Assembly (NCBI GenBank): GCA_965249725.1
Contig: CBDFMQ010000002.1
Span: 2,304,001-2,368,000, forward strand
Origin: Longimicrobiales bacterium
GTDB lineage: Bacteria; Gemmatimonadota; Gemmatimonadetes; Longimicrobiales; Gaopeijiaceae
Reading direction: 5' to 3'
DNA length: 64,000 nucleotides
Part shown: one piece after another, positions 27,079-37,836 of the stretch
Layout of the letters: each line of letters starts with the position of its first letter
Position numbering within the stretch: the first letter of the stretch is position 1
Program-made: the position numbers and the translations under genes
Notes under the pieces: model-generated
Database searches by the model: none
The model's input: the letters and a program-made list of their open reading frames with translations, nothing else
What the model was told of the DNA's origin: nothing

Positions 27079-27734
27079 TACAGCTCCAGACCGTACTGGA
27101 GTCCCAGGAACGTCTGGCGGTGGTGCGGCGTGGAGCCCAGGCGATCCAATGCATCGCGATGTTCCTGGGTACCGTAGCCCGCGTTGTGCTCCCATCCATA
27201 TCCAGGGTACCGCTTGGCCAGGTTGGACATGAGGCGATCGCGGCAGACCTTGGCCACGATGGACGCGCAGGAAACGGAGTGCACCAACCCATCCCCACCG
27301 ACCACGGCGTCGTGCTTCCATCGCAATGACTTCATGGGAAGCCCGTCGACGACCACGTGATCGGGCGCTACGGCGAGCCGACGCAGGGCTCGGTTCATGG
27401 CCCAGGCCGTCGCCACAAGGATGTTCGCCCGATCGATCTCGCGAACGGAGGCGGCCCCCAGGGCGACCGCCTGAGCGCGCTCGAGGATCACTTCTACCAG
27501 CTCCTCGCGGGCCTTGGCGTCGAGTTCCTTGGAGTCCGTCGCACCCTCGACGACGGTGCCTTCCGACAAGATCACGGCGGCCGCGACGACGGGCCCGGCG
27601 AGCGGGCCCCGCCCGACCTCATCTACTCCCGCCACCCCGGAAAGACCGCGGCTCCAGAACCGCCTCTCGTAATCGAGGGGGTCCTGGAGCCGCTCGGTTC
27701 CAGAATCATCCGGCGACGTCGCCGGCGAGTCCAT
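27078..27734 (-). CDS. rnhB: Ribonuclease HII
   Basis: GVDEVGRGPLAGPV, DSK, ASIVAKV.RD, GYGT..H. Confidence 0.97.
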   Translation of the reverse strand: MDSPATSPDDSGTERLQDPLDYERRFWSRGLSGVAGVDEVGRGPLAGPVVAAAVILSEGTVVEGATDSKELDAKAREELVEVILERAQAVALGAASVREIDRANILVATAWAMNRALRRLAVAPDHVVVDGLPMKSLRWKHDAVVGGDGLVHSVSCASIVAKVCRDRLMSNLAKRYPGYGWEHNAGYGTQEHRDALDRLGSTPHHRQTFLGLQYGLEL

Positions 27735-27735
27735 T

Positions 27736-28086
27736 CTAGTTGGTCCGCTTCTCCCGGATCCGGGCCGCCTTGCCGCGTAGACCTCTCAGGTAGTAGAGCT
27801 TCGCCCGCCGCACTCTTCCGCGTCGGACGACCTCGACACCCGTGACGGTCGGGGCATGAAGCGGGAATACCCGCTCGACGCCAACGCCGCTGGAGATCTT
27901 ACGGACGGTGAAGGTCGCGCCGGTTCCGCCGCCACGGCGGCCGATGCAGACTCCCTCAAAGGCCTGGATGCGCTCCTTGACCCCTTCCCGGACATTGTAC
28001 AACACGCGGACCGTGTCACCGGGAGCGAAATCGGGATTGTCGTCCCGCAGCTCCGCCTTTTCGATTTCTTGTATCAGATCAGACAT
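27736..28086 (-). CDS. rplS: 50S ribosomal protein L19
   Basis: [34 protein letters not shown]. Confidence 0.98.
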   Translation of the reverse strand: MSDLIQEIEKAELRDDNPDFAPGDTVRVLYNVREGVKERIQAFEGVCIGRRGGGTGATFTVRKISSGVGVERVFPLHAPTVTGVEVVRRGRVRRAKLYYLRGLRGKAARIREKRTN

Positions 28087-28204
28087 TGTGGTCCTCGTGG
28101 GTCGGGCGGAACGCCCTGTTCGTCAGAAACCTGTAAAATAATGCCGGGCCGGGCAGGGGTGAAGAGGTGGGAGTTATTAGTTTCACCGACCCGCCCGAGA
28201 ACCG

Positions 28205-28900
28205 CTATTCCTCTTCCTGCTGCCGAGAAAGACGAGCCGACAGGCGGGCCGCCTCGGCCCGCCGCCACTCTTCGATCTTGGCGTGGTCCCCCGTGCGAAG
28301 CACCTCGGGTACCTCATGTCCCCGATACTCGGCCGGCCGCGTATAGGAGGGCGCACTGAGAAAGCCCTCGTCGTAGAACGAATCGGTGGAAGCGGAGTCG
28401 TGATCACTCATCGCCCCAGGAAGGAGCCGCACCACCGCATCCGTCACGGCCAGAGCGCCGATCTCTCCCCCGGAAAGGACGAATCGCCCCAGGGAGACCT
28501 CCTCGGTTGCGAGATGGTCCGCCACACGCTGGTCTACGTCCTTGTAGTGGCCGCACAGTAGCGTCACCTCGGGTTGGACTGAGTAGCGGACGGCATCCGT
28601 GTGCTCGAACACCTTCCCGCGAGCCGAGAGCAGCACGACCGGTCCCGAAGGCTCAATGCTGTCCACCGCCTCGAAGAAGGGCTCGGGTTTCATCACCATG
28701 CCGGCCCCACCCCCGTAGGGAGTGTCGTCCACGGTGCGATGCCGATCGTGCGTGAAGTCCCTGAGGTCCACGATGCGATAGCGCACCAGTCCGGCCTGCT
28801 CAGCACGAGCGGGAATGCTCGTCGCCAACGGTTCGCGGAAGAAATCGGGGAAGATCGTGACGATGTTGATCGTCAGGGGCGGCCGCCCGGCGTCAGTCAT
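28205..28900 (-). CDS. trmD: tRNA (guanine-N1)-methyltransferase
   Basis: VDDTPYGGGAGM, VLSGGE, YTRP. Confidence 0.97.
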   Translation of the reverse strand: MTDAGRPPLTINIVTIFPDFFREPLATSIPARAEQAGLVRYRIVDLRDFTHDRHRTVDDTPYGGGAGMVMKPEPFFEAVDSIEPSGPVVLLSARGKVFEHTDAVRYSVQPEVTLLCGHYKDVDQRVADHLATEEVSLGRFVLSGGEIGALAVTDAVVRLLPGAMSDHDSASTDSFYDEGFLSAPSYTRPAEYRGHEVPEVLRTGDHAKIEEWRRAEAARLSARLSRQQEEE

Positions 28901-29435
28901 CGAGCAGCCCCTCCGGAGGATCGAGAACGATCCGGTTCTCCTCCACGCTCACCGACTCGACCATCTGTGAGATGTAGGGAATCAAGATGCTCTTCTCGGG
29001 GCCCCGGATCTCCAGGAGATCCGCCGGCCGCAACTCGTATACCTCGGTAACCTCGCCGAGCTCGCGACCGTCCACCGTCACGACCTCCATGCCCAGCAGA
29101 TCATGATAGAAGACCTCACCTTCCTCCAAGTCGGGCACGTCTCCGATATCACGCAAGACGTACCGGTCGCACAGAGCCTCCGAGCCACTTCGGTCGTACA
29201 CGCCCTCGAAGCCGACGAGAAAGCCTCGCCGGTACGGGCGGCTCGTCTCGATACGACGGGTTGGGCGATCGGGTGACAAGACGCCCTCGGCATCCGCCAG
29301 GTACAGAACCACCCCGGGAGCGAACGTGCTCTCGGGGTGGCTCGTGAGAGGCCAGATGAAGACCTCGCCCTTCGTGCCATGCGCCTTATTGAGGTGCCCC
29401 ACTACCAGGTGCTTCGGGGCGTCCGTCTTACCCAT
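28893..29435 (-). CDS. rimM: Ribosome maturation factor RimM
   Basis: AHGTKGEV, FYHDLLG, LIPY, DPPEGLL; operon position. Confidence 0.95.
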   Translation of the reverse strand: MGKTDAPKHLVVGHLNKAHGTKGEVFIWPLTSHPESTFAPGVVLYLADAEGVLSPDRPTRRIETSRPYRRGFLVGFEGVYDRSGSEALCDRYVLRDIGDVPDLEEGEVFYHDLLGMEVVTVDGRELGEVTEVYELRPADLLEIRGPEKSILIPYISQMVESVSVEENRIVLDPPEGLLDD

Positions 29436-29462
29436 GGTCCAGGGGCCTCCAGTCTCGGAGCG

Positions 29463-30347
29463 TTACTCCGACTCCTTCTCCTCATCCTCTTCGGCATCGG
29501 CCTCTTCAGCTGCTTCGGCTTCAGGCTCAGCTTCCGCCTCGGCGCTGGGCTCTTCGGCAGCCTCGGCCTCCGGGGCCTCCTCTTCAGCTGCTTCAGCCTC
29601 GGGCTCAGCTTCTGCTTCGACCTCTGGTTCTTCGGCTGCCTCAGCCTCGACGGCCTCCTCCTCGGCAGCTTCAGCCTCGGGCTCTTCGGTGGCTTCGGCC
29701 TCCGGGGCCTCCTCTTCAGCTGCCTCAGCCTCGGGCTCTTCGGCAGCCTCGGCCTCCGGGGCCTCCTCTTCAGCTGCTTCAGCCTCGGGCTCGGCTTCTG
29801 CTTCGGCCTCTGGTTCTTCGGCTGCCTCAGCCTCGACGGCCTCCTCCTCGGCAGCTTCAGCCTCGGGCTCTTCGGTGGCTTCAGCCACAGGCTCCGCTTC
29901 CTCTTCAGCCTCGACGGCTTCGGCCGCGGCGGCTTCCGCAGCTTCGACCTCGGCAGCCGCGGCGGCGGCAGTGGCCTGAGCCGCTTCAGCCGTAGCGGCG
30001 GCTTCGCGGGCTTTGGTCTCGGCCTTGCGACGGTCCTCCAGAGCGGCGGCCTTGAGAGCCTTCGCCTCCTCGGGATCGAGCTCGCCCAAAGCGACCGAAG
30101 CGTCTCCACCCTTGCGGGCCTTGTTGAGCAAGGTGCGCACGGTGTCGGAGGGCTCGGCGCCCTTGGCGATCCACTCATCGGCCTTTTCGAGGTCCACGAT
30201 GAGACGGGCCGGCTCAGTCAGAGGCTTGTAGTACCCGAGCGTCTCGACGAATCGGCCATCGCGCGGAGCTTTGGAGTCGGCTACCACGATGCGATAGTGG
30301 GCCTGCTTCTTACGGCCCATGCGGCGAAGTCTGATTTTTGCTGACAT
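29463..30347 (-). CDS. rpsP: 30S ribosomal protein S16 with long acidic Glu/Ala/Pro C-terminal extension
   Basis: KIRLRRMGRKK..YRIVVADS..PRDGRFVE.LGYY. Confidence 0.96.
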   Translation of the reverse strand: MSAKIRLRRMGRKKQAHYRIVVADSKAPRDGRFVETLGYYKPLTEPARLIVDLEKADEWIAKGAEPSDTVRTLLNKARKGGDASVALGELDPEEAKALKAAALEDRRKAETKAREAAATAEAAQATAAAAAAEVEAAEAAAAEAVEAEEEAEPVAEATEEPEAEAAEEEAVEAEAAEEPEAEAEAEPEAEAAEEEAPEAEAAEEPEAEAAEEEAPEAEATEEPEAEAAEEEAVEAEAAEEPEVEAEAEPEAEAAEEEAPEAEAAEEPSAEAEAEPEAEAAEEADAEEDEEKESE

Positions 30348-30402
30348 ATGTGCTTTCCAGTCGGTCCCTATAGGCCGGTAGTCCCGGCGTCTGCCTCAAT
30401 CA

Positions 30403-31725
30403 TCAGAAGGGCATCATGCCCTTCATCTGCTTCATGAACTTCTGTGTTTCCTTGAACTGCTTCATCAGCCGGTTCACTTCCGCCACCGACCGTCCACTTC
30501 CTTTGGCGATCCTCGCCCGCCTCGATCCGTCCAGGATCTCCGGCCTACGTCGCTCACCCGGCGTCATCGAGAGGATGATGGCTTCAACATGCTTCATCCT
30601 CTTCGGGTCAACCCCTCCTGCGGGCATCGCCTTCGCCGCCCCGGGTATCATTTTCAACACCTGTTCCAAGGGCCCCATCTTCTGGACCTGCCTCATGGCG
30701 GTCAAGAAGTCCTCGAGCGTGAAGCGACCCCGGAGCATCTGCTCCTGGAGCTTCTCCTGGGTCTCGGTGTCCATGGCCTGTTCGGCCCGTTCCACCAAAC
30801 CCACCACGTCGCCCATCTGGAGGATCCGTCCGGCCAACCGCTCCGGATCGGCCAATTCCAAATCGTCGACCGTCTCGCCTACGCCCACGAACTTGATGGG
30901 CTTTCCGACGACGCCACGAATGGAGAGCGCCGCTCCCCCTCGTGCATCACCGTCCATCTTGGTGAGGATCACCCCCGTCAGGCCCAACGCCTCGTCGAAC
31001 CCTTCGGCGATCTTCACCGCCTCCTGACCGGTCATGGCGTCGGCCACCAGGAGAATCTCCTGGGGCTCGAGGTCCCCCTTCAACCGGCGCAACTCGTCCA
31101 TCATCGGCTCGTCGATCTGCAGCCTTCCGGCCGTATCGACGATGAGGACCGACCTGTGGTCCCGCCTGGCGACCTCGACGGCCGCCTTCGCCACTTCTAC
31201 CGGGTCGCTGCCCGGCTCGCCCGCCGCGTTGCCCGCCGAGCTCCCCTGGTGGACCGGCACGCCGATCTGTTCTCCCAGCGTGACCAGCTGGTCCACCGCA
31301 GCGGGCCGATACAAATCGCAAGCCGCCAACAGCGGCTCCCGGCCCTCCTTGGCCAAACGCTTCGCGAGCTTCGCCACAGTGGTCGTCTTACCCGACCCCT
31401 GCAGACCCACCACCATGAAGATGGTCGGCACCGACGAAGCCCAATGCAGCGTGGGCTTACCCTCACCCAGCAGGTTCGCGAGCTCGTCATGGACGATCTT
31501 CACGATCTGCTGTCCCGGAGACACGGCCTTTACGACCTGCTCCCCCAGCGCGCGCTCCTGCACCTGCTGGAGGAATTCCCGCGTCACCTTGTAGTTGACG
31601 TCGGCCTCGAGCAGCACCCGCCGGACCTCACGGAGCCCATCCTTGATCATGGGCTCAGTCAGGATACCCCGCTGTCGGAACTTCCCGAGAGCGCTATCAA
31701 GCTTCTTGCCGAGTTCATCGAACAT
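30403..31725 (-). CDS. ffh: Signal recognition particle protein
   Basis: GLQGSGKTT, DTAGR, TKMDGDARGG, M domain. Confidence 0.98.
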   Translation of the reverse strand: MFDELGKKLDSALGKFRQRGILTEPMIKDGLREVRRVLLEADVNYKVTREFLQQVQERALGEQVVKAVSPGQQIVKIVHDELANLLGEGKPTLHWASSVPTIFMVVGLQGSGKTTTVAKLAKRLAKEGREPLLAACDLYRPAAVDQLVTLGEQIGVPVHQGSSAGNAAGEPGSDPVEVAKAAVEVARRDHRSVLIVDTAGRLQIDEPMMDELRRLKGDLEPQEILLVADAMTGQEAVKIAEGFDEALGLTGVILTKMDGDARGGAALSIRGVVGKPIKFVGVGETVDDLELADPERLAGRILQMGDVVGLVERAEQAMDTETQEKLQEQMLRGRFTLEDFLTAMRQVQKMGPLEQVLKMIPGAAKAMPAGGVDPKRMKHVEAIILSMTPGERRRPEILDGSRRARIAKGSGRSVAEVNRLMKQFKETQKFMKQMKGMMPF

Positions 31726-31874
31726 CGGCGACCGATCCTCCTCGTTGACGACCCAACCCGCTCACCTCACGACCAGGTACGTACGAGGTGGATGCGACAA
31801 AGCTTTGAAAGATAAGAGTTCCGCGGGATGGCCTCAACGGGTGTACGGAAGCGGAGCCGCTGGGCCCCGGCAAC

Positions 31875-33227
31875 CTACACCCGGATGATCTGGCTCCGTC
31901 GTGTTCCTACAGAAACCATCTGCACCGGGGTGCCGGTTACCTCTTCGATCCGATCCAGGTATCGACGAGCCGCCGCAGGCAGGTCCGTCAGAGAGCGGGC
32001 GCCCTCCGTGGACTCCTGCCAACCGGGAAGGGTCTCGTACACCGGTTCCACGCCGTCGAGCAGCCATGTGTCCGCCGGAAACTCCTCTACGACTCCGTCC
32101 GGCGTGCGATAACCGGTCGCGATGGACACCTCGGGCAGGGTGTCCAGCACGTCGAGTTTGGTCACGGCCAGACCGGTCAGTCCATTCACCCGCGCAGCGA
32201 GCCGTGCCAGCACCGCGTCGAACCAACCGCATCGGCGAGGCCGACCCGTCGTCGCACCGAATTCACCGCCGAGCGCTCTGACCTTTTCGTCCATGGCCTC
32301 GTCGAATGCGGTCGGTAGGGGTCCGTTGCCCACCCGGGTGGTGTAGGCCTTCACGACCCCGATCACGGTGTCGATCGCTGTGGGTCCGATGCCCGACCCG
32401 GTGGCGGCCCCTCCGGCGGTCGTGTTCGAGGACGTGACGAAGGGATAAGTGCCGTGGTCCAGATCAAGGGCCGTACCCTGGGCGCCCTCCAAGAGGACCG
32501 TCTTCCCTGCTCCGAGCGCCTGCACGATCTCCAGGCCGGTGTCCGTGGCCAACTCCTTCAAGCGCTCACCGGCGGCGAGGACGGATTCGACCGTTGCATC
32601 GAGGGCATCGTCGCACTCGCCTCCCATGGCGGCGATGCGGGCCCGAGCCCGCTCGACACCCTCTTCGACAAGCGCCTGAGCACGCCCGGCATTCGCCAAG
32701 TCGGCGACCCGCAAACCGCGTCGGCCGGCCTTCTCCTCGTATGCAGGCCCGATGCCGCGACCCGTGGTGCCGATCTTCTGCTTGGCCTGACCCTCCAAGG
32801 CATGATCGAGAGATTTGTGGTACGGCATGAGCAGGTGAGCACGTTGGCTCACGCCCACCCGGCCATCGAGATCGATGCCCCGCTCGGCCAGCTCGTCATA
32901 CTCCTCGAAGAAGTCGAGCACGTCGAGGACCACGCCGTTGCCGAGCAGGCACCTCTTGTCGGCATGCAGGACGCCGGACGGGATCTGGTGCAGGACGTAT
33001 TTGTCTTCGCCCACGTAGACCGTGTGGCCGGCATTCGCACCACCCTGGTAGCGCGCCACAACGTGCGCTTCCTCTGCCAGGACATCGACGATCTTACCCT
33101 TGCCTTCGTCGCCCCACTGGCAGCCGACCACCACCAGGCATCGACCGTCTATACCACCTTGAGACACATCAGGACTTTCTGTGTTGAGGAGGCCATCAGG
33201 GCCCCAACGAAGGGCCCTGATGGACAC
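31875..33227 (-). CDS. purA: Adenylosuccinate synthase (true start may be somewhat downstream)
   Basis: QWGDEGKGK, GGANAGHT, EGAQG, GATTGRPRRCGW. Confidence 0.97.
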   Translation of the reverse strand: MSIRALRWGPDGLLNTESPDVSQGGIDGRCLVVVGCQWGDEGKGKIVDVLAEEAHVVARYQGGANAGHTVYVGEDKYVLHQIPSGVLHADKRCLLGNGVVLDVLDFFEEYDELAERGIDLDGRVGVSQRAHLLMPYHKSLDHALEGQAKQKIGTTGRGIGPAYEEKAGRRGLRVADLANAGRAQALVEEGVERARARIAAMGGECDDALDATVESVLAAGERLKELATDTGLEIVQALGAGKTVLLEGAQGTALDLDHGTYPFVTSSNTTAGGAATGSGIGPTAIDTVIGVVKAYTTRVGNGPLPTAFDEAMDEKVRALGGEFGATTGRPRRCGWFDAVLARLAARVNGLTGLAVTKLDVLDTLPEVSIATGYRTPDGVVEEFPADTWLLDGVEPVYETLPGWQESTEGARSLTDLPAAARRYLDRIEEVTGTPVQMVSVGTRRSQIIRV

Positions 33228-33228
33228 G

Positions 33229-33260
33229 AAAAAAGCCCATTCTTCGGGGAATGGGCTCTG
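33229..33260 (-). terminator. Terminator-like hairpin upstream of purA
   Basis: AGCCCATTC-loop-GAATGGGCT followed by TTTTT on the minus strand. Confidence 0.55.
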
Positions 33261-33388
33261 GGCGGTGCTTCCTTTGGTAAAAGCTAGATCGACGGAAGAG
33301 TCGGGTCAACGCGTGGCCCCACGCCTGGCCCCACCCGAGGGAAATCGGAGGGCGGCTCGAGGGAAGTCGGAGAGTGGCGTTCGACCGG

Positions 33389-35644
33389 TCAGAAGGAGCG
33401 ACCGACGAAAAGATAGAAGGTGTCGGAGCCCGAAGATGCCCGCCCATGCGCCAAGAACAGCGGGCCCAGAATCGTCTCTAATCCGACGAAAAGGCTCGCC
33501 CCGCCCCTCAGCTCACCGAGTCCACCGACGTCCGGATCGGACCAGGCATTGCCGGCCTCGAGTGAAAACCCGAGGTGCAGATCTCCCCCCTCCGGCGTCG
33601 TGTTGAACGTGGCGACGTTGCGTCGAAACGTGGCCTGAGCCAGAGCATAGCGGCTACCGACGAGTTGCCGAGGCCGTAGCCCCGAGAGCTGCTGGAAGCC
33701 TCCCAAGCCGAAGTCATGGTGCACGGGCAGATCGGAACCGAACGCCGTTCCGAAGCGACCCTCCAGGACGGTGGTATTCCGCCCCTTGGAGAGGGTCGTG
33801 AGGAGGGCGGCGTCCAGGCGGGTGTAAATCGGGTCGGCGCCCAACGACCGAGCGGAGCGGAACGCCTCGACGCGACCCCACGTTCCGCTCGTCGGGAACG
33901 ACGCGTCGTCGAGAAGGTCCACTGAGAGTCGCGCCAGGACCGCACCGACGTCGGCGTTGAGATCCTGCTCCGTCGTCTCGTCGACGCCCCTCTGCTCCAC
34001 TCGTCCGCGCACGAGTTCGACCCGGAACTCACCCCAGTCCGGCCACTGCACTCCGACAGCGATGGCGGCGTTGGTCTCCCGGACTCCTCGACTCACCTCA
34101 CCCGCGCCGAGAACGGCCACCTTCAACGACTCCTCCTGGTAATCCAAGCGGGGCGCGATGAAGAACCGTGCCCCCACGTCGATCGGCTGAAAGAGCTCGA
34201 TCTCGGCTCCCTGACCCTCTCCGAGCCTAACCTCGGCCAGAAGCTCACCCCCGCGACCGTTGAGTTGGGTCTGACGGTGAGTGGCGAGAATCGTGAAGCT
34301 ACTTCGGCCCCGTTCCAGGTCGTTCCCGAAAGCCAACCCGAAGTTCATCAGCCCCGGACCCCAAGGCTTTTCGCTCACCTCTACCAACAGCCCGCTGGCC
34401 CCGTTTTCCTCGACAAGACTGTAATCCACTCCCTGATAGAGGCCCATAGCGAAGATCTTATTGAGAGCCCGCTCCAGCGTTTCCGCCTGCAACGGCCCAC
34501 CCGGCACGAGCCCCAGGCGCCCCCTCAAGGCGTCCGGGCTCATCCGTACGGCCCCCTCGATGCGCACGAAATCGAGCGTCTCGGGCGGCTCCTCGGTCCG
34601 TCGGCGACTCTCCCGGAACGTCCGGTAGGCTTCCGGGCTCATGCTCCACTGGGCGAGGTCCTCTCCGGCAGCCCGAGCCACATCGGCCCCCGCCGCGAAG
34701 GTCGCGGTCAGCGAACGGAATTCGGTAATTGGTACATCGGCGACGTCGGGGCGCAGCAATACATCTCGGCCGGAGACCAGTGCCTCGCGTTGCGGCACCG
34801 TATTCTGGAGCGTGGAAATGCGGAAGGTCTGGGTCGAGACCTCGATGGCGCTTTCGAGTTCCTCCGCGTCATAGAGGGGCGGCGTCAGATCCACGGCGAT
34901 CACTACGTCTGCACCCATGGCTCGGACCACGTCCACGGGCAGATTGCGGACCAGTCCGCCGTCGACCAGGACCGATCCGGCGACTTCCACCGGAGAAAAC
35001 GCACCGGGGATCGACATGCTGGCCCGCATCGCCGTCGATAGATCCCCCCGGTCGAGCACAACCATGCCGCCGGTCACCAGGTCGGTCGCCACGGCAACGT
35101 AAGGCGTCGGCAACTCCTCGAACGACCGTATATGGGCCACGGGTAGCGTGGCCGACCGAAGGGTCAGTTCCACGTTATGCCCGGTGACGATCCCTGTGGG
35201 GAGCCGGAACTTGCCTCGGTTGAATCCGACCTCGAGCCGCGACGGAACTCGCCGGTCGGTGCTCTTGAGACGGAACGGTTCATGTCGCCGCGGCGGTCGG
35301 TCAGAGAGCAGATCCTGCCAATCCAGCGACTCCAGAAGCACCTTCAACTGTGGAACGCTCATGCCGGAGGCATACAGGCCTCCTATTGCCGCACCGATGC
35401 TGGTGCCCGCAATGAAATCCACGGGAATCCGGAGCTCTTCCAGAACCTCGAGAACTCCGACGTGTGCCCCGCCCTTCGCTCCACCACCACCCAACACCAG
35501 ACCGATCTTCGGACGCGAATCCTGGGAAGCACGCGCGGATTGGGACCCGGGGGCCTGGGCGATAACAGCCACCGGGGACGCCACCGCCAGAGCCAATAAG
35601 GCTCCAGCGCTGAGGCACGAGGCCCGCGATGTGAGGAACGCCAA
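33389..35644 (-). CDS. Patatin-like phospholipase with POTRA and Omp85-type barrel (PlpD-like)
   Basis: GGGAKG, GTSIG, DGG; C-terminal barrel ending YLFVGRSF. Confidence 0.88.
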   Translation of the reverse strand: MAFLTSRASCLSAGALLALAVASPVAVIAQAPGSQSARASQDSRPKIGLVLGGGGAKGGAHVGVLEVLEELRIPVDFIAGTSIGAAIGGLYASGMSVPQLKVLLESLDWQDLLSDRPPRRHEPFRLKSTDRRVPSRLEVGFNRGKFRLPTGIVTGHNVELTLRSATLPVAHIRSFEELPTPYVAVATDLVTGGMVVLDRGDLSTAMRASMSIPGAFSPVEVAGSVLVDGGLVRNLPVDVVRAMGADVVIAVDLTPPLYDAEELESAIEVSTQTFRISTLQNTVPQREALVSGRDVLLRPDVADVPITEFRSLTATFAAGADVARAAGEDLAQWSMSPEAYRTFRESRRRTEEPPETLDFVRIEGAVRMSPDALRGRLGLVPGGPLQAETLERALNKIFAMGLYQGVDYSLVEENGASGLLVEVSEKPWGPGLMNFGLAFGNDLERGRSSFTILATHRQTQLNGRGGELLAEVRLGEGQGAEIELFQPIDVGARFFIAPRLDYQEESLKVAVLGAGEVSRGVRETNAAIAVGVQWPDWGEFRVELVRGRVEQRGVDETTEQDLNADVGAVLARLSVDLLDDASFPTSGTWGRVEAFRSARSLGADPIYTRLDAALLTTLSKGRNTTVLEGRFGTAFGSDLPVHHDFGLGGFQQLSGLRPRQLVGSRYALAQATFRRNVATFNTTPEGGDLHLGFSLEAGNAWSDPDVGGLGELRGGASLFVGLETILGPLFLAHGRASSGSDTFYLFVGRSF

Positions 35645-35654
35645 TCCGGGTGAC

Positions 35655-36572
35655 CTACGTAGCGGAGCCCGCCGTTGCGGTCAGTCCGGCACGATCCAAC
35701 ACCTTGACGACGTCGTCATGGCAATGATCCGGCAGCGGCTGCAGCGGAGGCCGGGGGTCGCCACCACGGAGTCCGAGATGGTCCATGGCCACCTTCACTC
35801 CCGGCACACCCATGCCTCCAACGATCTCCTCATGCACCGGTCCGATGACCTCCTGAATACGCCCGGCCTCGGCTGAATCACCCGCCACGAACGACTCATG
35901 CACCGCCGCCGAACCGCCCGGCGCCAGACAGGCCACCGCCAAGATGCCGCCCACCGCGCCCAACTCGAGTCCACCGTAGAAGGCAGCACCACTGCCGACG
36001 AGTACTTGGAAGTCATCGTGGGCCCGGGACACCACTTCACCGACCAGCTCGAGGCTACCCCTGCTGTCCTTCATTCCGATGATGTTGTCCACCTTGGACA
36101 GATCGGCCAGGAGGTTGGTGGAGAACTCGATGGTGCTCAGCCGAAGCGGTACCTGATAGACGATGACGGGAATGGAAGAAGCCTTGGCCACCGCTCGGTA
36201 GTGAGTCAGGAGGGCCGTATCGGACATCGCTCCTCGATAGAACGCCGGGGGTTGGACCAACACTGCATCGGCCCCTGCTTCGGCGGCGACGTGACAACGG
36301 CGGATCGTGGCCCGCGTGGACTCGGCCCCGGTGCCCGCCAGCAACAGTCGATCGGCCGGGATGACGTCCCGGGCACCCTCCAGACAGGCGGCACGCTCGT
36401 CTTCGTCGAGCAGGAGCGCCTCGCCCGTAGAGCCTCCGACCAAGATCCCTCGGATGGGGTGGGCCAACCAACTCCTGAAGTTCGCCCGGAGTCCGACGAG
36501 ATCGACCTCGCCTGTGACCGGATCGAACGGGGTCGTGCAGGGGATGAGTACTCCGGCTAGATCCACGCTCAT
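35655..36572 (-). CDS. Dihydrodipicolinate synthase family aldolase (DapA paralogue)
   Basis: TTPF, GSTGE, YQVP, GMKDS. Confidence 0.88.
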   Translation of the reverse strand: MSVDLAGVLIPCTTPFDPVTGEVDLVGLRANFRSWLAHPIRGILVGGSTGEALLLDEDERAACLEGARDVIPADRLLLAGTGAESTRATIRRCHVAAEAGADAVLVQPPAFYRGAMSDTALLTHYRAVAKASSIPVIVYQVPLRLSTIEFSTNLLADLSKVDNIIGMKDSRGSLELVGEVVSRAHDDFQVLVGSGAAFYGGLELGAVGGILAVACLAPGGSAAVHESFVAGDSAEAGRIQEVIGPVHEEIVGGMGVPGVKVAMDHLGLRGGDPRPPLQPLPDHCHDDVVKVLDRAGLTATAGSAT

Positions 36573-37717
36573 TCTCCGAACATCCCTGCGCCGCTCGGAT
36601 CGCCGTCCGGTGCTCCGCCGCTCGGTACCCCGCCTGCATGGCCGCTCCCCGGCCCGCCGAGGATGTTCATCTTGAGGTCGAAGTCGCTGGGGCTGTTCGC
36701 CGCCGCCTTCCCGACCTCGAACGTGATTTGCTTCGTATTCACGAGTTCCATGAGATGCTGATCGAAGGTCTGGGACCCGTACTGTTCCTTCCCGTCCGCG
36801 ATCAGGTCGTGGATCTCCTCCATGCGCTCCACATCCATGATGCAGTCGCGAATGGTCCCCGTGACCCTCATGACCTCGGCCGCCACCACGCGGCCCAATC
36901 CATCGACCGTGGGGACCAGCCTCTGGCTGACGACGGCCTGAATCGAGTCGGCCATACGCACGCGAATCATCTCCTGCTCTTCCGGCGAGAAGACGGCGAT
37001 CATACGAGACAGGGTTTGTACCGCGTTCTTCGTGTGGACCGTGGAGATGACCAGGTGACCGGTCTCGGCGGCCTTCAGACCCGTGTCGATCGTCTCCTTG
37101 TCTCGCATCTCACCGATCAGGAGAACGTCGGGGTCCTGCCGGAGGGCGGCCCTCAGTCCTGTTGAGAACGACTCAGTATCGGTGCCCACGTCCCGCTGGG
37201 TTACCGAAGAATTGAGATCCCGGTGCAGGAACTCGATGGGGTTCTCCAACGTGACGATGTGTTTCTTCATGTTGCGATTGATGTAGCCGATCATCGCCGC
37301 CATGGTGGAGCTCTTTCCGCTCCCGGTCACCCCCGTCACCAGAACCAGCCCACGCTCCGTCTGGGAGATCGTCTCGAGAACGTCGGGCAGATTGAGATCG
37401 GCGAAGCTCGGAATCTCGATCGGGATAATCCGCATGACGATGCCGAAGACTCCCCGCTGCCTCATGATGTTTACGCGGAAGCGCCCCAGCCCGGGAAGGC
37501 CCCAGGAGCAGTCGTAGTCCGTAAGCTCGTCGATACGTTCCCGGTCGTGTTCGTGCGGGATCAGCTTGACGGCAAGCTCCCTCACCTGGGCATGGGAGAT
37601 CTTCTGATCCGTCAGCGGGAGCAACTCTCCGTGGAGGCGGGCCCGGACGTAGTCACCAGCCTTGATGTGGATGTCGCTGGCCCCATCCTCGATCGCCTTC
37701 TTGAACATCTCATTCAT
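36569..37717 (-). CDS. pilT: PilT/PilU-family pilus ATPase
   Basis: ASDIH, GVTGSGKSST, LRQDPDV, GEMRD, AETGHLV. Confidence 0.88.
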   Translation of the reverse strand: MNEMFKKAIEDGASDIHIKAGDYVRARLHGELLPLTDQKISHAQVRELAVKLIPHEHDRERIDELTDYDCSWGLPGLGRFRVNIMRQRGVFGIVMRIIPIEIPSFADLNLPDVLETISQTERGLVLVTGVTGSGKSSTMAAMIGYINRNMKKHIVTLENPIEFLHRDLNSSVTQRDVGTDTESFSTGLRAALRQDPDVLLIGEMRDKETIDTGLKAAETGHLVISTVHTKNAVQTLSRMIAVFSPEEQEMIRVRMADSIQAVVSQRLVPTVDGLGRVVAAEVMRVTGTIRDCIMDVERMEEIHDLIADGKEQYGSQTFDQHLMELVNTKQITFEVGKAAANSPSDFDLKMNILGGPGSGHAGGVPSGGAPDGDPSGAGMFGE

Positions 37718-37836
37718 GGGCGCATCACCTTCGACAACTCCTGTTGCAGGGTCCTATCGCAAGGTACGGACGTTCCGCCACGGGCGAAATCGCCTTGGGG
37801 CGCCCTGCCGGGAAGACCACCCCGGGGAGCGCGAGC

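Noticed and set aside
29326..30344. Ser/Ala-rich, Leu/Gly-rich and Arg/Pro/Lys-rich ORFs overlapping rpsP
   Set aside because: Alternative-frame shadows of the low-complexity S16 tail.
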